This document shows, one piece after another, positions 1 through 13,100 of a stretch of DNA of 64,000 nt. Below the pieces are notes generated by a model that made no database searches, was not told where the DNA came from, and saw nothing but the letters and a program-made list of their open reading frames with translations. A program made the translations under genes and the position numbers. Numbering within the stretch: position 1 is the stretch's first letter; every line of letters begins with the position of its first letter. The DNA is from Auanema rhodensis (lineage: Eukaryota; Animalia; Nematoda): positions 21,204,001 through 21,268,000 of the forward strand of contig OZ059898.1 in assembly GCA_964057225.1 (NCBI GenBank), in the 5' to 3' direction.

Positions 1-18
1 TTTTTATTGATATTGGTG

Positions 19-31
19 CATGGTAACCATG
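19..31. other. Dyad CATGGT-A-ACCATG in each monomer (7-bp arms when position 18 is T); contains a BstEII site
   Basis: Direct reverse-complement match, shown for monomer 1. Function unknown. Confidence 0.9.
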
Positions 32-105
32 ACTTTGAAATTTACGTGAACTTTAATTTATGCTAATTAAATTTACACGTGATGTGCACTTGGTATGTAA
101 CTCGC

Positions 106-115
106 TTCACGTGAA
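106..115. other. Perfect palindrome TTCACGTGAA containing a CACGTG E-box; a second CACGTG lies at monomer positions 76-81
   Basis: Directly visible in nearly every monomer. Protein binding is not demonstrated. Confidence 0.85.
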
Positions 116-3100
116 AGATAAAGAGATGCGGTTTTCAAAATTAGATTCCTCATGTCCATATTAGTCTAAAAACAAATTTTTATTGATATTGGTTTATGGT
201 AACCATGACTTTGAAATTTACGTGAACTTTAATTTATGCTAATTAAATGTACACGTGATGTGCACTTGGTATGTAACTCGCTTCACGTGAAAGATAAAGA
301 GATGCGGTTTTCAAAATTAGATTCCCCATGTCCATATTAGTCTAAAAACAAATTTTTATTGATATTGGTTCATGGTAACCATGACTTTGAAATTTACGTG
401 AACTTTAATTTATGCTAATTAAATGTACACGTGATGTGCACTTGGTATGTAACTCGCTTCACGTGAAAGATAAAGAGATGCGGTTTTCAAAATTAGATTC
501 CCCATGTCCATATTAGTCTAAAAACAAATTTTTATTGATATTGGTGCATGGTAACCATGACTTTGAAATCTACGTGAACTTTAATTTATGCTAATTAAAT
601 GTACACGTGATGTGCACTTGGTATGTAACTCGCTTCACGTGAAAGATAAAGAGATGCGGTTTTCAAAATTAGATTCCCCATGTCCATATTAGTCTAAAAA
701 CAAATTTTTATTGATATTGGTGCATGGTAACCATGACTTTGAAATTTACGTGAACTTTAATTTATGCTAATTAAATGTACACGTGATGTGCACTTGGTAT
801 GCAACTTGCTTCACGTGAAAGATAAAGAGATGCGGTTTTCAAAATTAGATTCCCCATGTCCATATTAGTCTAAAAACAAATTTTTATTGATATTGGTTCA
901 TGGTAACCATGACTTTGAAATTTACGTGAACTTTAATTTATGCTAATTAAATGTACACGTGATGTGCACTTGGTATGTAACTCGCTTCACGTGAAAGATA
1001 AAGAGATGCGGTTTTCAAAATTAGATTCCCCATGTCCATATTAGTCTAAAAACAAATTTTTATTGATATTGGTTCATGGTAACCATGACTTTGAAATTTA
1101 CGTGAACTTTAATTTATGCTAATTAAATGTACACGTGATGTGCACTTGGTATGTAACTCGCTTCACGTGAAAGATAAAGAGATGCGGTTTTCAAAATTAG
1201 ATTCCCCATGTCCATATTAGTCTAAAAACAAATTTTTATTGATATTGGTGCATGGTAACCATGACTTTGAAATTTACGTGAACTTTAATTTATGCTAATT
1301 AAATGTACACGTGATGTGCACTTGGTGTGTAACTCGCTTCACGTGAAAGATAAAGAGATGCGGTTTTCAAAATTAGATTCCCCATGTCCATATTAGTCTA
1401 AAAACAAATTTTTATTGATATTGGTGCATGGTAACCATGACTTTGAAATTTACGTGAACTTTAATTTATGCTAATTAAATTTACACGTGATGTGCACTTG
1501 GTATGTAACTCGCTTCACGTGAAAGATAAAGAGATGCGGTTTTCAAAATTAGATTCCTCATGTCCATATTAGTCTAAAAACAAATTTTTATTGATATTGG
1601 TTTATGGTAACCATGACTTTGAAATTTACGTGAACTTTAATTTATGCTAATTAAATGTACACGTGATGTGCACTTGGTATGTAACTCGCTTCACGTGAAA
1701 GATAAAGAGATGCGGTTTTCAAAATTAGATTCCCCATGTCCATATTAGTCTAAAAACAAATTTTTATTGATATTGGTTCATGGTAACCATGACTTTGAAA
1801 TTTACGTGAACTTTAAATTATGCTAATTAAATGTACACGTGATGTGCACTTGGTATGTAACTCGCTTCACGTGAAAGATAAAGAGATGCGGTTTTCAAAA
1901 TTAGATTCCCCATGTCCATATTAGTCTAAAAACAAATTTTTATTGATATTGGTGCATGGTAACCATGACTTTGAAATCTACGTGAACTTTAATTTATGCT
2001 AATTAAATGTACACGTGATGTGCACTTGGTATGTAACTCGCTTCACGTGAAAGATAAAGAGATGCGGTTTTCAAAATTAGATTCCCCATGTCCATATTAG
2101 TCTAAAAACAAATTTTTATTGATATTGGTGCATGGTAACCATGACTTTGAAATTTACGTGAACTTTAATTTATGCTAATTAAATGTACACGTGATGTGCA
2201 CTTGGTATGCAACTTGCTTCACGTGAAAGATAAAGAGATGCGGTTTTCAAAATTAGATTCCCCATGTCCATATTAGTCTAAAAACAAATTTTTATTGATA
2301 TTGGTTCATGGTAACCATGACTTTGAAATTTACGTGAACTTTAATTTATGCTAATTAAATGTACACGTGATGTGCACTTGGTATGTAACTCGCTTCACGT
2401 GAAAGATAAAGAGATGCGGTTTTCAAAATTAGATTCCCCATGTCCATATTAGTCTAAAAACAAATTTTTATTGATATTGGTGCATGGTAACCATGACTTT
2501 GAAATCTACGTGAACTTTAATTTATGCTAATTAAATGTACACGTGATGTGCACTTGGTATGTAACTCGCTTCACGTGAAAGATAAAGAGATGCGGTTTTC
2601 AAAATTAGATTCCCCATGTCCATATTAGTCTAAAAACAAATTTTTATTGATATTGGTGCATGGTAACCATGACTTTGAAATTTACGTGAACTTTAATTTA
2701 TGCTAATTAAATGTACACGTGATGTGCACTTGGTATGCAACTTGCTTCACGTGAAAGATAAAGAGATGCGGTTTTCAAAATTAGATTCCCCATGTCCATA
2801 TTAGTCTAAAAACAAATTTTTATTGATATTGGTTCATGGTAACCATGACTTTGAAATTTACGTGAACTTTAATTTATGCTAATTAAATGTACACGTGATG
2901 TGCACTTGGTATGTAACTCGCTTCACGTGAAAGATAAAGAGATGCGGTTTTCAAAATTAGATTCCCCATGTCCATATTAGTCTAAAAACAAATTTTTATT
3001 GATATTGGTGCATGGTAACCATGACTTTGAAATTTACGTGAACTTTAATTTATGCTAATTAGATGTACACGTGATGTGCACTTGGTATGTAACTCGCTTC

Positions 3101-3890
3101 ACGTGAAAGATAAAGAGATGCGGTTTTTAAAATTAGATTCCCCATGTCCATATTAGTCTAAAAACAAATTTTTATTGATATTGGTGCATGGTAACCATGA
3201 CTTTGAAATTTACGTGAACTTTAATTTATGCTAATTAAATGTACACGTGATGTGCACTTGGTATGTAACTCGCTTCACGTGAAAGATAAAGAGATGCGGT
3301 TTTCAAAATTAGATTCCCCATGTCCATATTAGTCTAAAAACAAATTTTTATTGATATTGGTGCATGGTAACCATGACTTTAAAATTTACGTGAACTTTAA
3401 TTCATGCTAATTAAATGTACACGTGATGTGCACTTGGTATGTAACTCGCTTCACGTGAAAGATAAAGAGATGCGGTTTTCAAAATTAGATTCCCCATGTC
3501 CATATTAGTCTAAAAACAAATTTTTATTGATATTGGTGCATGGTAACCATGACTTTGAAATTTACGTGAACTTTAATTTATGCTAATTAAATGTACACGT
3601 GATGTGCACTTGGTATGTAACTCGCTTCACGTGAAAGATAAAAAGATGCGGTTTTCAAAATTAGATTCCCCATGTCCATATTAGTCTAAAAACAAATTTT
3701 TATTGATATTGGTGCATGGTAACCATGACTTTGAAATTTACGTGAACTTTAATTTATGCTAATTAAATGTACACGTGATGTGCACTTGGTATGTAACTCG
3801 CTTCACGTGAAAGATAAAGAGATGCGGTTTTCAAAATTAGATTTCCCATGTCCATATTAGTCTAAAAACAAATTTTTATCGATATTGGTT

Positions 3891-6800
3891 CATGGTAACC
3901 ATGACTTTGAAATTTACGTGAACTTTAATTTATGCTAATTAAATGTACACGTGATGTGCACTTGGTATGTAACTCGCTTCACGTGAAAGATAAAGAGATG
4001 CGGTTTTTAAAATTGGATTCCCCATGTCCATATTAGTCTAAAAACAAATTTTTATCGATATTGGTTCATGGTAACCATGACTTCGAAATTTACGTGAACT
4101 TTAATTTATGCTAATTAAATGTACACGTGATGTGCACTTGGTATGTAACTCGCTTCACGTGAAAGATAAAGAGATGCGGTTTTCAAAATTAGATTCCCCA
4201 TGTCCATATTAGTCTAAAAACAAATTTTTATTGATATTGGTGCATGGTAACCATGACTTTGAAATTTACGTGAACTTTGATTTATGCTAATTAAATGTAC
4301 ACGTGATGTGCACTTGGTATGTAACTCGCTTCACGTGAAAGATAAAGAGATGCGGTTTTCAAAATTAGATTCCCCATGTCCATATTAGTCTAAAAACAAA
4401 TTTTTATTGATATTGGTGCATGGTAACCATGACTTTGAAATTTACGTGAACTTTAATTTATGCTAATTTAATGTACACGTGATGTGCACTTGGTATGTAA
4501 CTCGCTTCACGTGAAAGATAAAGAGATGCGGTTTTCAAAATTAGATTCCTCATGTCCATATTAGTCTAAAAACAAATTTTTATTGATATTGGTTCATGGT
4601 AACCATGACTTTGAAATTTACGTGAACTTTAATTTATGCTAATTAAATGTACACGTGATGTGCACTTGGTGTGTAACTCGCTTCACGTGAAAGATAAAGA
4701 GATGCGGTTTTCAAAATTAGATTCCCCATGTCCATATTAGTCTAAAAACAAATTTTTATTGATATTGGTGCATGGTAACCATGACTTTGAAATTTACGTG
4801 AACTTTAATTTATGCTAATTAAATGTACACGTGATGTGCACTTGGTATGTAACTCGCTTCACGTGAAAGATAAAGAGATGCGGTTTTCAAAATTAGATTC
4901 CGCATGTCCATATTAGTCTAAAAACAAATTTTTATTGATATTGGTTTATGGTAACCATGACTTTGAAATTTACGTGAACTTTAATTTATGCTAATTAAAT
5001 GTACACGTGATGTGCACTTGGTATGTAACTCGCTTCACGTGAAAGATAAAGAGATGCGGTTTTCAAAATTAGATTCCCCATGTCCATATTAGTCTAAAAA
5101 CAAATTTTTATTGATATTGGTTCATGGTAACCATGACTTTGAAATTTACGTGAACTTTAATTTATGCTAATTAAATGTACACGTGATGTGCACTTGGTAT
5201 GTAACTCGCTTCACGTGAAAGATAAAGAGATGCGGTTTTCAAAATTAGATTCCCCATGTCCATATTAGTCTAAAAACAAATTTTTATTGATATTGGTGCA
5301 TGGTAACCATGACTTTGAAATCTACGTGAACTTTAATTTATGCTAATTAAATGTACACGTGATGTGCACTTGGTATGTAACTCGCTTCACGTGAAAGATA
5401 AAGAGATGCGGTTTTCAAAATTAGATTCCCCATGTCCATATTAGTCTAAAAACAAATTTTTATTGATATTGGTGCATGGTAACCATGACTTTGAAATTTA
5501 CGTGAACTTTAATTTATGCTAATTAAATGTACACGTGATGTGCACTTGGTATGTAACTCGCTTCACGTGAAAGATAAAGAGATGCGGTTTTTAAAATTGG
5601 ATTCCCCATGTCCATATTAGTCTAAAAACAAATTTTTATCGATATTGGTTCATGGTAACCATGACTTCGAAATTTACGTGAACTTTAATTTATGCTAATT
5701 AAATGTACACGTGATGTGCACTTGGTATGTAACTCGCTTCACGTGAAAGATAAAGAGATGCGGTTTTCAAAATTAGATTCCCCATGTCCATATTAGTCTA
5801 AAAACAAATTTTTATTGATATTGGTGCATGGTAACCATGACTTTGAAATTTACGTGAACTTTGATTTATGCTAATTAAATGTACACGTGATGTGCACTTG
5901 GTATGTAACTCGCTTCACGTGAAAGATAAAGAGATGCGGTTTTCAAAATTAGATTCCCCATGTCCATATTAGTCTAAAAACAAATTTTTATTGATATTGG
6001 TGCATGGTAACCATGACTTTGAAATTTACGTGAACTTTAATTTATGCTAATTTAATGTACACGTGATGTGCACTTGGTATGTAACTCGCTTCACGTGAAA
6101 GATAAAGAGATGCGGTTTTCAAAATTAGATTCCTCATGTCCATATTAGTCTAAAAACAAATTTTTATTGATATTGGTTCATGGTAACCATGACTTTGAAA
6201 TTTACGTGAACTTTAATTTATGCTAATTAAATGTACACGTGATGTGCACTTGGTGTGTAACTCGCTTCACGTGAAAGATAAAGAGATGCGGTTTTCAAAA
6301 TTAGATTCCCCATGTCCATATTAGTCTAAAAACAAATTTTTATTGATATTGGTGCATGGTAACCATGACTTTGAAATTTACGTGAACTTTAATTTATGCT
6401 AATTAAATGTACACGTGATGTGCACTTGGTATGTAACTCGCTTCACGTGAAAGATAAAGAGATGCGGTTTTCAAAATTAGATTCCGCATGTCCATATTAG
6501 TCTAAAAACAAATTTTTATTGATATTGGTTTATGGTAACCATGACTTTGAAATTTACGTGAACTTTAATTTATGCTAATTAAATGTACACGTGATGTGCA
6601 CTTGGTATGTAACTCGCTTCACGTGAAAGATAAAGAGATGCGGTTTTCAAAATTAGATTCCCCATGTCCATATTAGTCTAAAAACAAATTTTTATTGATA
6701 TTGGTTCATGGTAACCATGACTTTGAAATTTACGTGAACTTTAATTTATGCTAATTAAATGTACACGTGATGTGCACTTGGTATGTAACTCGCTTCACGT

Positions 6801-7137
6801 GAAAGATAAAGAGATGCGGTTTTCAAAATTAGATTCCCCATGTCCATATTAGTCTAAAAACAAATTTTTATTGATATTGGTGCATGGTAACCATGACTTT
6901 GAAATCTACGTGAACTTTAATTTATGCTAATTAAATGTACACGTGATGTGCACTTGGTATGTAACTCGCTTCACGTGAAAGATAAAGAGATGCGGTTTTC
7001 AAAATTAGATTCCCCATGTCCATATTAGTCTAAAAACAAATTTTTATTGATATTGGTGCATGGTAACCATGACTTTGAAATTTACGTGAACTTTAATTTA
7101 TGCTAATTAAATGTACACGTGATGTGCACTTGGTATG
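3891..7137. repeat. 9-monomer (1584-bp) tandem duplication
   Basis: The ordered markers C136T+A143G, T8C+T36C, A55G, A69T+C150T, A95G, C150G, C19T, T42C repeat at an offset of 1584 (e.g. T36C at 4084 and 5668). Confidence 0.85.
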
Positions 7138-10100
7138 CAACTTGCTTCACGTGAAAGATAAAGAGATGCGGTTTTCAAAATTAGATTCCCCATGTCCATA
7201 TTAGTCTAAAAACAAATTTTTATTAATATTGGTGCATGGTAACCATGACTTTGAAATTTACGTGAACTTTAATTTATGCTAATTAAATGTACACGTGATG
7301 TGCACTTGGTATGTAACTCGCTTCACGTGAAAGATAAAGAGATGCGGTTTTCAAAATTAGATTCCCCATGTCCATATTAGTCTAAAAACAAATTTTTATT
7401 GATATTGGTGCATGGTAACCATGACTTTGAAATTTACGTGAACTTTAATTTATGCTAATTAAATGTACACGTGATGTGCACTTGGTGTGTAACTCGCTTC
7501 ACGTGAAAGATAAAGAGATGCGGTTTTCAAAATTAGATTCCCCATGTCCATATTAGTCTAAAAACAAATTTTTATTGATATTGGTGCATGGTAACCATGA
7601 CTTTGAAATTTACGTGAACTTTAATTTATGCTAATTAAATTTACACGTGATGTGCACTTGGTATGTAACTCGCTTCACGTGAAAGATAAAGAGATGCGGT
7701 TTTCAAAATTAGATTCCTCATGTCCATATTAGTCTAAAAACAAATTTTTATTGATATTGGTTTATGGTAACCATGACTTTGAAATTTACGTGAACTTTAA
7801 TTTATGCTAATTAAATGTACACGTGATGTGCACTTGGTATGTAACTCGCTTCACGTGAAAGATAAAGAGATGCGGTTTTCAAAATTAGATTCCCCATGTC
7901 CATATTAGTCTAAAAACAAATTTTTATTGATATTGGTTCATGGTAACCATGACTTTGAAATTTACGTGAACTTTAATTTATGCTAATTAAATGTACACGT
8001 GATGTGCACTTGGTATGTAACTCGCTTCACGTGAAAGATAAAGAGATGCGGTTTTCAAAATTAGATTCCCCATGTCCATATTAGTCTAAAAACAAATTTT
8101 TATTGATATTGGTGCATGGTAACCATGACTTTGAAATCTACGTGAACTTTAATTTATGCTAATTAAATGTACACGTGATGTGCACTTGGTATGTAACTCG
8201 CTTCACGTGAAAGATAAAGAGATGCGGTTTTCAAAATTAGATTCCCCATGTCCATATTAGTCTAAAAACAAATTTTTATTGATATTGGTGCATGGTAACC
8301 ATGACTTTGAAATTTACGTGAACTTTAATTTATGCTAATTAAATGTACACGTGATGTGCACTTGGTATGCAACTTGCTTCACGTGAAAGATAAAGAGATG
8401 CGGTTTTCAAAATTAGATTCCCCATGTCCATATTAGTCTAAAAACAAATTTTATTGATATTGGTGCATGGTAACCATGACTTTGAAATTTACGTGAACTT
8501 TAATTTATGCTAATTAAATGTACACGTGATGTGCACTTGGTATGTAACTCGCTTCACGTGAAAGATAAAGAGATGCGGTTTTTAAAATTAGATTCCCCAT
8601 GTCCATATTAGTCTAAAAACAAATTTTTATTGATATTGGTGCATGGTAACCATGACTTTGAAATTTACGTGAACTTTAATTTATGCTAATTAAATGTACA
8701 CGTGATGTGCACTTGGTATGTAACTCGCTTCACGTGAAAGATAAAGAGATGCGGTTTTCAAAATTAGATTCCCCATGTCCATATTAGTCTAAAAACAAAT
8801 TTTTATTGATATTGGTGCATGGTAACCATGACTTTAAAATTTACGTGAACTTTAATTCATGCTAATTAAATGTACACGTGATGTGCACTTGGTATGTAAC
8901 TCGCTTCACGTGAAAGATAAAGAGATGCGGTTTTCAAAATTAGATTCCCCATGTCCATATTAGTCTAAAAACAAATTTTTATTGATATTGGTGCATGGTA
9001 ACCATGACTTTGAAATTTACGTGAACTTTAATTTATGCTAATTAAATGTACACGTGATGTGCACTTGGTATGTAACTCGCTTCACGTGAAAGATAAAGAG
9101 ATGCGGTTTTCAAAATTAGATTCCCCATGTCCATATTAGTCTAAAAACAAATTTTTATTGATATTGGTGCATGGTAACCATGACTTTGAAATTTACGTGA
9201 ACTTTAATTTATGCTAATTTAATGTACACGTGATGTGCACTTGGTATGTAACTCGCTTCACGTGAAAGATAAAGAGATGCGGTTTTCAAAATTAGATTCC
9301 CCATGTCCATATTAGTCTAAAAACAAATTTTTATCGATATTGGTTCATGGTAACCATGACTTTGAAATTTACGTGAACTTTAATTTATGCTAATTAAATG
9401 TACACGTGATGTGCACTTGGTATGTAACTCGCTTCACGTGAAAGATAAAGAGATGCGGTTTTTAAAATTGGATTCCCCATGTCCATATTAGTCTAAAAAC
9501 AAATTTTTATCGATATTGGTTCATGGTAACCATGACTTTGAAATTTACGTGAACTTTAATTTATGCTAATTAAATGTACACGTGATGTGCACTTGGTATG
9601 TAACTCGCTTCACGTGAAAGATAAAGAGATGCGGTTTTCAAAATTAGATTCCCCATGTCCATATTAGTCTAAAAACAAATTTTTATTGATATTGGTGCAT
9701 GGTAACCATGACTTTGAAATTTACGTGAACTTTGATTTATGCTAATTAAATGTACACGTGATGTGCACTTGGTATGTAACTCGCTTCACGTGAAAGATAA
9801 AGAGATGCGGTTTTCAAAATTAGATTCCCCATGTCCATATTAGTCTAAAAACAAATTTTTATTGATATTGGTGCATGGTAACCATGACTTTGAAATTTAC
9901 GTGAACTTTAATTTATGCTAATTAAATGTACACGTGATGTGCACTTGGTATGTAACTCGCTTCACGTGAAAGATAAAGAGATGCGGTTTTTAAAATTGCA
10001 TTCCCCATGTCCATATTAGTCTAAAAACAAATTTTTATTGATATTGGTGCATGGTAACCATGACTTTGAAATTTACGTGAACTTTAATTTATGCTAATTA

Positions 10101-13100
10101 AATGTACACGTGATGTGCACTTGGTATGTAACTCGCTTCACGTGAAAGATAAAGAGATGCGGTTTTCAAAATTAGATTCCCCATGTCCATATTAGTCTAA
10201 AAACAAATTTTTATTGATATTGGTGCATGGTAACCATGACTTTAAAATTTACGTGAACTTTAATTCATGCTAATTAAATGTACACGTGATGTGCACTTGG
10301 TATGTAACTCGCTTCACGTGAAAGATAAAGAGATGCGGTTTTCAAAATTAGATTCCCCATGTCCATATTAGTCTAAAAACAAATTTTTATTGATATTGGT
10401 GCATGGTAACCATGACTTTGAAATTTACGTGAACTTTAATTTATGCTAATTAAATGTACACGTGATGTGCACTTGGTATGTAACTCGCTTCACGTGAAAG
10501 ATAAAGAGATGCGGTTTTCAAAATTAGATTCCCCATGTCCATATTAGTCTAAAAACAAATTTTTATTGATATTGGTGCATGGTAACCATGACTTTGAAAT
10601 TTACGTGAACTTTAATTTATGCTAATTAAATGTACACGTGATGTGCACTTGGTTTGTAACTCGCTTCACGTGAAAGATAAAGAGATGCGGTTTTCAAAAT
10701 TAGATTCCCCATGTCCATATTAGTCTAAAAACAAATTTTTATCGATATTGGTTCATGGTAACCATGACTTTGAAATTTACGTGAACTTTAATTTATGCTA
10801 ATTAAATGTACACGTGATGTGCACTTGGTATGTAACTCGCTTCACGTGAAAGATAAAGAGATGCGGTTTTTAAAATTGGATTCCCCATGTCCATATTAGT
10901 CTAAAAACAAATTTTTATCGATATTGGTTCATGGTAACCATGACTTTGAAATTTACGTGAACTTTAATTTATGCTAATTAAATGTACACGTGATGTGCAC
11001 TTGGTATGTAACTCGCTTCACGTGAAAGATAAAGAGATGCGGTTTTCAAAATTAGATTCCCCATGTCCATATTAGTCTAAAAACAAATTTTTATTGATAT
11101 TGGTGCATGGTAACCATGACTTTGAAATTTACGTGAACTTTGATTTATGCTAATTAAATGTACACGTGATGTGCACTTGGTATGTAACTCGCTTCACGTG
11201 AAAGATAAAGAGATGCGGTTTTCAAAATTAGATTCCCCATGTCCATATTAGTCTAAAAACAAATTTTTATTGATATTGGTGCATGGTAACCATGACTTTG
11301 AAATTTACGTGAACTTTAATTTATGCTAATTTAATGTACACGTGATGTGCACTTGGTATGTAACTCGCTTCACGTGAAAGATAAAGAGATGCGGTTTTCA
11401 AAATTAGATTCCTCATGTCCATATTAGTCTAAAAACAAATTTTTATTGATATTGGTTCATGGTAACCATGACTTTGAAATTTACGTGAACTTTAATTTAT
11501 GCTAATTAAATGTACACGTGATGTGCACTTGGTATGTAACTCGCTTCACGTGAAAGATAAAGAGATGCGGTTTTCAAAATTAGATTCCCCATGTCCATAT
11601 TAGTCTAAAAACAAATTTTTATTGATATTGGTTCATGGTAACCATGACTTTGAAATTTACGTGAACTTTAAATTATGCTAATTAAATGTACACGTGATGT
11701 GCACTTGGTATGTAACTCGCTTCACGTGAAAGATAAAGAGATGCGGTTTTCAAAATTAGATTCCGCATGTCCATATTAGTCTAAAAACAAATTTTTATTG
11801 ATATTGGTTCATGGTAACCATGACTTTGAAATTTACGTGAACTTTAATTTATGCTAATTAAATGTACACGTGATGTGCACTTGGTATGTAACTCGCTTCA
11901 CGTGAAAGATAAAGAGATGCGGTTTTCAAAATTAGATTCCCCATGTCCATATTAGTCTAAAAACAAATTTTTATTGATATTGGTGCATGGTAACCATGAC
12001 TTTGAAATTTACGTGAACTTTAATTTATGCTAATTAAATGTACACGTGATGTGCACTTGGTATGTTACTCGCTTCACGTGAAAGATAAAGAGATGCGGTT
12101 TTCAAAATTAGATTCCCCATGTCCATATTAGTCTAAAAACAAATTTTTATTAATATTGGTGCATGGTAACCATGACTTTGAAATTTACGTGAACTTTAAT
12201 TTATGCTAATTAAATGTACACGTGATGTGCACTTGGTATGTAACTCGCTTCACGTGAAAGATAAAGAGATGCGGTTTTCAAAATTAGATTCCCCATGTCC
12301 ATATTAGTCTAAAAACAAATTTTTATTGATATTGGTGCATGGTAACCATGACTTTGAAATTTACGTGAACTTTAATTTATGCTAATTAAATGTACACGTG
12401 ATGTGCACTTGGTGTGTAACTCGCTTCACGTGAAAGATAAAGAGATGCGGTTTTCAAAATTAGATTCCCCATGTCCATATTAGTCTAAAAACAAATTTTT
12501 ATTGATATTGGTGCATGGTAACCATGACTTCGAAATTTACGTGAACTTTAATTTATGCTAATTAAATTTACACGTGATGTGCACTTGGTATGTAACTCGC
12601 TTCACGTGAAAGATAAAGAGATGCGGTTTTCAAAATTAGATTCCTCATGTCCATATTAGTCTAAAAACAAATTTTTATTGATATTGGTTTATGGTAACCA
12701 TGACTTTGAAATTTACGTGAACTTTAATTTATGCTAATTAAATGTACACGTGATGTGCACTTGGTATGTAACTCGCTTCACGTGAAAGATAAAGAGATGC
12801 GGTTTTCAAAATTAGATTCCCCATGTCCATATTAGTCTAAAAACAAATTTTTATTGATATTGGTTCATGGTAACCATGACTTTGAAATTTACGTGAACTT
12901 TAATTTATGCTAATTAAATGTACACGTGATGTGCACTTGGTATGTAACTCGCTTCACGTGAAAGATAAAGAGATGCGGTTTTCAAAATTAGATTCCCCAT
13001 GTCCATATTAGTCTAAAAACAAATTTTTATTGATATTGGTGCATGGTAACCATGACTTTGAAATCTACGTGAACTTTAATTTATGCTAATTAAATGTACA

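Noticed and set aside
14-27. RFX X-box (CATGGTAAC half-site)
   Set aside because: Only one half-site matches; the upstream GTTNCC-type half is absent.
1-176. Identity with Brassica CentBr (176 bp), Arabidopsis CEN178 or primate alpha satellite
   Set aside because: Only the length is similar. The sequence does not resemble these consensus sequences as I recall them, and it lacks the HindIII site AAGCTT and a canonical CENP-B box. A database search is needed for any family assignment.
1-176. Tandem 5S rRNA, tRNA, snRNA or spliced-leader gene array
   Set aside because: No recognisable 5S, tRNA cloverleaf, Pol III A/B/C box or spliced-leader sequence.
8449-8452. 1-bp deletion in the T5 run
   Set aside because: A singleton homopolymer indel, absent from paralogous monomers; it cannot be distinguished from long-read consensus error.
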